Assembly: GCA_950097015.1 (NCBI GenBank)
Contig: CATNEN010000038.1
Coordinates: 20,274,001 to 20,338,000, forward strand
Source of the DNA: Macrostomum hystrix
Taxonomy: Eukaryota > Animalia > Platyhelminthes
Length of the DNA: 64,000 nt
Direction: 5' to 3'
Every line of letters begins with the position of its first letter. The stretch's first letter is position 1. Of the stretch, positions 59,248 to 64,000 are shown one piece after another. The notes beneath the pieces are model-generated. The model worked only from the letters and a program-made list of their open reading frames with translations. It made no database searches and had not been told where the DNA came from. The position numbers were made by a program, and so were the translations under genes.

Positions 59248-61071
59248 TGAGTGGTCCGTATAAGGAATGACGATGTATAAGGAATGACCGCACGCACTAC
59301 GGTTAGTGTCAATGGAGTTCAGGCCAGCTGGGGTCTGAGTTTTCAGGAGATTAATGAGTCTGAGTTCCATTTATCTTCTCCTGCGTTGAGTTGCCTCTCT
59401 GTGCGTCTCACATTCAGGGCTGAGGTACCAAAGACCCATGAACCGTAAGTCCAGCAGGCTGTGGTCTGTAGAGCGAAAATGTCTTGAGACCGGGGTATCT
59501 TTTGCCAGTCTAATGTCGCTCAGGTGGGCTTGCAGTCGGACTTTAAGGGCCCCTCCTGTCTCTCCAATGTAGACACAACGGTCATTACAGCTCCTGCATA
59601 AGATTGAGTACACAACGTTTCTAGAGTCGCAACGGACTTTCTGGCAGATACTATATACCATGTTGGTAGAGTTGGATCCTGGACAGATCTGTCCAAATTG
59701 GCCATGTTGTCTACACACCCGACAGGTTTCATTATTGCAGTTGTGGAAGCCAAAATCCCACTGGCGGTCGATGAAGAAACCCAGTTGGATGAGAGCGGAG
59801 TATTTGGCGTTCCGAATAGAGCGGACAGAATGACCTTGTTTCTTAAGGATGCCCATTAGGCTAGAGCTGGCTCGGTCAAAGTCTTGCTTGTGTGTACAGC
59901 GACGGGCATAGCGTAGAAATTGGGATTTTAAAGTACCTTTAAAGGTGTGCTTCGGGTGGAAGGAGTCAGGATTAAGCAAGTGGCGGAATCAGTCGGCTTG
60001 AAATAGATGGAAGTCGTTAGAACCTTCATATTGCCCACTTCGGTGAGGGATACGCAACAGTCAAGGAAGTTGACACAGTCTTTACTGTACTGCATAGAGA
60101 GTCTGATGCTGGTGTCGAACTCGTTCAAATGTTGGTAGAGTTGCTTTAGTTGAGTTTCTGTGCCCACAAACACCATGAAAATGTCGTCGATATAGCGTCT
60201 GTACAGACGTGGAGTGAAAGGGGCATTTACCAATGCCCTGGATTCCCAGTCGGACATGAAAATATTGGCATAGGAGGGAGCGAAGGTCTTCCCCATGCTG
60301 GTGCCCTTGATTTGCAAGAAGCGACAGTTATTAAAAACGAAATCATTCTGGTTAAGATTAATATCAAGGAGTTTGAGCAGTTGACGGTCCGGTTTGGATG
60401 GCGCAGGGAAATTGTTGAACGCCTCACTGACAACGGTTATCCCCTTGTCCGTTGGAATGTTGGTGTACAGGGATTCAACATCTAACGTGACCAGGAAGAC
60501 GGACTCGTGAATGTTGAACGATAAGTCGTTGATAATAGCTTGGAAATGGTCAGTGTCACGGATATAGGAATCCTGCTCTCTTGCAATAGGTTGTAGAAAA
60601 TAATCAATGAATTTCGCGCTCATGTAGCTCTCCGAACTGCAGTCCGAGGCAATGGGCCTGCCAGGCGGAATGCCGGGAACGGGCCAGGTAGCAGGGTCCT
60701 TGTGGACTTTAGAAGATCCTGTCCCTGGGTTCCAAGGGAGGAATTAACTGATTAAACTGCTGGTTGCTGATTATCTTATCCCTACGGAGTTCTTGAAAGA
60801 TTTCCCTAATCACAGAACATGTTCTACTTCTTGAGGCAAAATCGACAGGACGGTAAAAGTCTGTGTTGGAGAGTTGCCTGAAAGCTTCAATGATGTAAGC
60901 ATCCCTATCAAGAACAACCATGTTGCTGCCTTTGTCCGCTGGTTTGATGACAATGCTGCGGTTGTTTTGGAGATTCTGGAGCGCTTGTTTTTCGGCTGGT
61001 TGCATATTGGTTCTGTTAAAAGCAGTACTAGGAACAGGAATGTAAGGAGTGCTGAGCCGAGAGATGATTTG
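59248..61071 (-). mobile_element. Decayed Penelope-like retroelement (RT + GIY-YIG endonuclease)
   Basis: EKQALQNLQNNRSIVIKPADKG, KVHK..PGRPIAS, LDVESLYTNIP, QIKGTSMGKTFAPSYANIFM, RRYIDDIF, VNFLD, YFKPTD, HPKH..SQFLRYARRC, Cys linker, VYSILCRSC..VYIGETG..RLQAH, E..LI..L.T..P.GLN. Frameshifts at ~60710 and ~59985 and an in-frame stop at 59371-59373. Confidence 0.93.
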
Positions 61072-61264
61072 TGTAGACGAAAAAGCCTAAAGCGAAGTAG
61101 GCTCTGAGCAATCGATTATATTTGATATTTGGTGATGAACATGCAACGTGCGGCCGATGGGTGCAGATGTACATTAATCGCTCGCAACTCCACGCACACT
61201 ACGATATAACTCAGGGCCTACAGCTAACACGGCTAAATGAACGCGCGCCCACTTGGCGCCTACA
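61072..61264 (-). mobile_element. 3' LTR (193 bp) of the Ty3/Gypsy element
   Basis: The minus strand begins TGTAGGCG and ends CGTCTACA (TG..CA with an 8-bp near-perfect inverted repeat). It is preceded by the polypurine tract GGGGAGAAG (61265-61273), and PLE coding sequence resumes at 61071. Confidence 0.82.
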
Positions 61265-61420
61265 CTTCTCCCCAACTAGAGAGATTGCCGGGGGATAAAA
61301 GAGAAAAAAGCAAAGCTTTAGAGCAATGGATTGTTGCAACAATCTAGCGGAAAAAGTCCATAGAACGCAAGACAGTCCATAGCAACTCATTTGAGAAAAT
61401 ACGGCCGCACGCAAAATGAG

Positions 61421-64000
61421 TTATTGTTTGTAGCTAAGCACTTTGCTACGCGCAGCCCTGGGATGCTGTCGTGTGGCGACACAATCGCTAGGGTTAGCGG
61501 TTGGCTGGCCGGCAGACTGGCCGGCGGACTGGCCGGCAGACTGGCCGGCGGACTGGCCGGCGGACTGACCAGCAGAGTGGCCGGCAGACTGGCCGGCGGA
61601 CTGGCCGGCGGACTGACCAGCAGAGTGGCCGGCAGACTGACCGGCGGACTGGCCGGCAGACTGGCCGGCAGACTGGCCGGCAGACTGACCAGCAGAGTGG
61701 CCGGCAGACTGGCCGGCAGACTGGCCAGCAGAGTGGCCGGCAGACTGGCCGGCGGACTGACCAGCAGAGTGGCCGGCAGACTGGCCGGCAGACTGGCCAG
61801 CAGAGTGGCCGGCAGACTGGCCGGCGGACTGACCAGCAGAGTGGCCGGCAGACTGGCCGGCGGACTGGCCGGTGGACTGACCAGCAGAGTGGCCGGCAGA
61901 CTGGCCGGCGGACTGGCCGGTGGACTGACCAGCAGAGTGGCCGGCAGACTGGCCGGCGGACTGGCCGGCGGACTCTATCAGGGGCCGCAGTTGAGTGACG
62001 TGTCGCATGCACGATTGTTCGCCGCGTTGAAGGACGCACGTGTCTCCCTGGACCAGCTTGACAGTCCACGGAGAAGGCTCAAAAGGCAGTTGAAGCTTGT
62101 TGCGCGGTTGCTGCTTTCGTAGAACTTTGATGCCGTCAATGATGCCGTGCTCCTGGGCAGCCTTGCGGTCATCGAATCTTGATTTCATATCTTGCACGTA
62201 ATTCCGGTGCCAGTCTTGAACTTCTTCATGATTCACCTCGACCGGCTGAGACGGCTTAGTGGTCGGGATGCCATCGTTCATCTTCCTGCCCATGAGGAGT
62301 TCAGCGGGTGCGCGGCCGGTTGCTCGGTGCGGTGTTGTGCGGAAAGCCAGCAGCCAGTCCTCGATGGCCTCCTTCCAGTTACGCCCTTCGGCCACAGCCG
62401 TCTGGATGACTTTTCCAATGCTCCGGTTGACTCGCTCTGTCGCTCCATTGGATTCAGGGTGGAGCGGGCAGATAAGGCGATGTCGAATGCCATAGGTGGT
62501 GAGGAAGCTGCGGAAAGCGGCTGAATTGAATGGCGGGCCGTTGTCAGTGACCACCTCGATAGGGACGCCGAATCTACCGAACAGTCGGCGAAGGTGCGGG
62601 CTCACGCTCTCCGCTGTCGATGAGTTCAGGAAGCTGACTTCTGGATATTTTGAGTAGAGGTCTGTGATGACTAGCAGCATCTGGCCCTGTACTGGTCCGT
62701 AGAAGTCCATGCCTAGAGTGAGCCAGGCACCGTCTGGGATCTGCGTTGGTTTAAGAGGCGTTTGACGCGCTCCAGTGGAGGCGGCCTGGCAGAGCGTGCA
62801 GCACTGAACAAAGCTCTCGCAGTCGCTGCGCATGCGAGGCCACCAGACTTTCGTTTGCAGCCGCTTCAGGGTTCGGTCAGCGCCTAGATGGCCGGTGTGC
62901 GCTAGTTGGAGGACAGGCCTGCGCAGTGTCTCCGGGATGACGATGAGGTCGCCCCTTAGCAGGACGCCGTCACTCTCTGAGAGCTCGTTGCTGACGGTCT
63001 TGTAGGAGCGCTGGGCCGGGTCGCGGATATTCCAGTTACCGGTTCGGATGGCGCTTAGCGCCGCCTGGATGCCGCTGTCGGTGCGCGACGCTTCCCGCAC
63101 TTGAGCGAGGCTGAAGCCCTTTGGCACAGCTCCGGCCGACACGGCGTTGACGAAGGCGGTGTCAAGTTCTTCACCAACGTTCCTCCTTGATTCTGGCAGT
63201 GGCTGCCGGCTTAGCAGGTCGGCTGGATTGGTCGGCCCGGGTCGGTAAATCAGATCGAAGCGGAGGTGCTGGATGCGCAATGCCATCCGTTCGATTCGTG
63301 GCGGTGGACGAGAGCCAGGCTTGAACAGCGGCACGAGTGGTCGGTGGTCTGTTACTACAGTGAAGCCTGGGTCTCCGGCTAGGTAGTGTTCAAACTTCAA
63401 GCACCCGAATTTGATGGCCAGAGCTTCTCGCTCTATCTGCGCGTACCGCTGTTCCACTGCTGAAAGGGCTCTGCTGGCGTAAGCCACGGGTCTGCTGCTG
63501 CCGTCCGGCTGCCTCTGCGTGAGGATGGCGCCCAGTCCGACCGGGGAGGCGTCCACTAGGAGCTCGGTTTGCCGCCTGCGGTCGAAGAAGGCGAGCGTTT
63601 CCGCGGCGCCTATTGCTTTTTTAATGCTTTCGAATGCCGCAGTGTGCTTATCCGTCCACTCCCAGACCTGGCCCTTCTTTGTCAATTGACGTAGGGGCCC
63701 GGCGAGGTGAGCGAAGTTTGGGACGAATTTTGACAAGAAGTTCGCGGTGCCGAGGAATGAGCGGACGTCGGAAACGTTTTCAGGTTGCCGAAAGCTCTGC
63801 ATGGCCTCAATTTTCTCAGCAGCTGGCTCCATGCCCCGAGCAGTCAGGCGCATGCCGAGAAACTCGATGGACGGTCGGGAGAACCTGCACTTGTCCCTGT
63901 TGAGGGTGATGCCGTACTCACGCAGGCGCTGAAGGCACGCGTCCAGTCTCTTATGGTGTTGCTTTAAATCAGATGCGTAGATCACCACGTCATCGTGCGC
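61421..64000 (-). mobile_element. pol: Ty3/Gypsy LTR retrotransposon pol (RT C-terminus, RNase H, integrase), 5'-truncated by the window edge
   Basis: Intact ORF of more than 855 aa: KCRF..EFLG, DASPVGLGAILTQ, YAQIEREALA, TDHRPL, H-TGH..C..C zinc motif, DFYGP..TDNGPPF..NGATERVNR. The RT-RH-INT order is that of Ty3/Gypsy. Confidence 0.96.

Overview
Eukaryotic (animal) genomic DNA with GT-AG introns, CAG/polyQ-rich exons and very dense locus-specific minisatellites. The style suggests the flatworm Macrostomum lignano, but that is inference only. Six spliced genes can be assembled by hand with consistent intron phases: an Ovo-family C2H2 zinc-finger factor (+), a tandem-DCX doublecortin-like gene (-), a divergent polycystin/TRPP-like channel (+), an AGPAT3/4-type acyltransferase (+), a small secreted prohormone-like gene (-) and CCDC81 (+). 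The right end holds a decayed Penelope-like retroelement interrupted by a Ty3/Gypsy LTR element. tRNA-derived SINEs, MITE-like elements and more than 20 tandem arrays fill the rest. Most long ORFs in the supplied track are read-through artefacts of minisatellites. The exception, and the best novel candidate, is the 30-bp array at 34.3-34.65 kb. It is the coding core of a two-exon neuropeptide precursor with a signal peptide and ten KR-flanked (I/N)LRDPMID copies. Other highlights are RFX X-box motifs embedded in coding exons of the cilium-related genes and an apparent internal alternative first exon of CCDC81.
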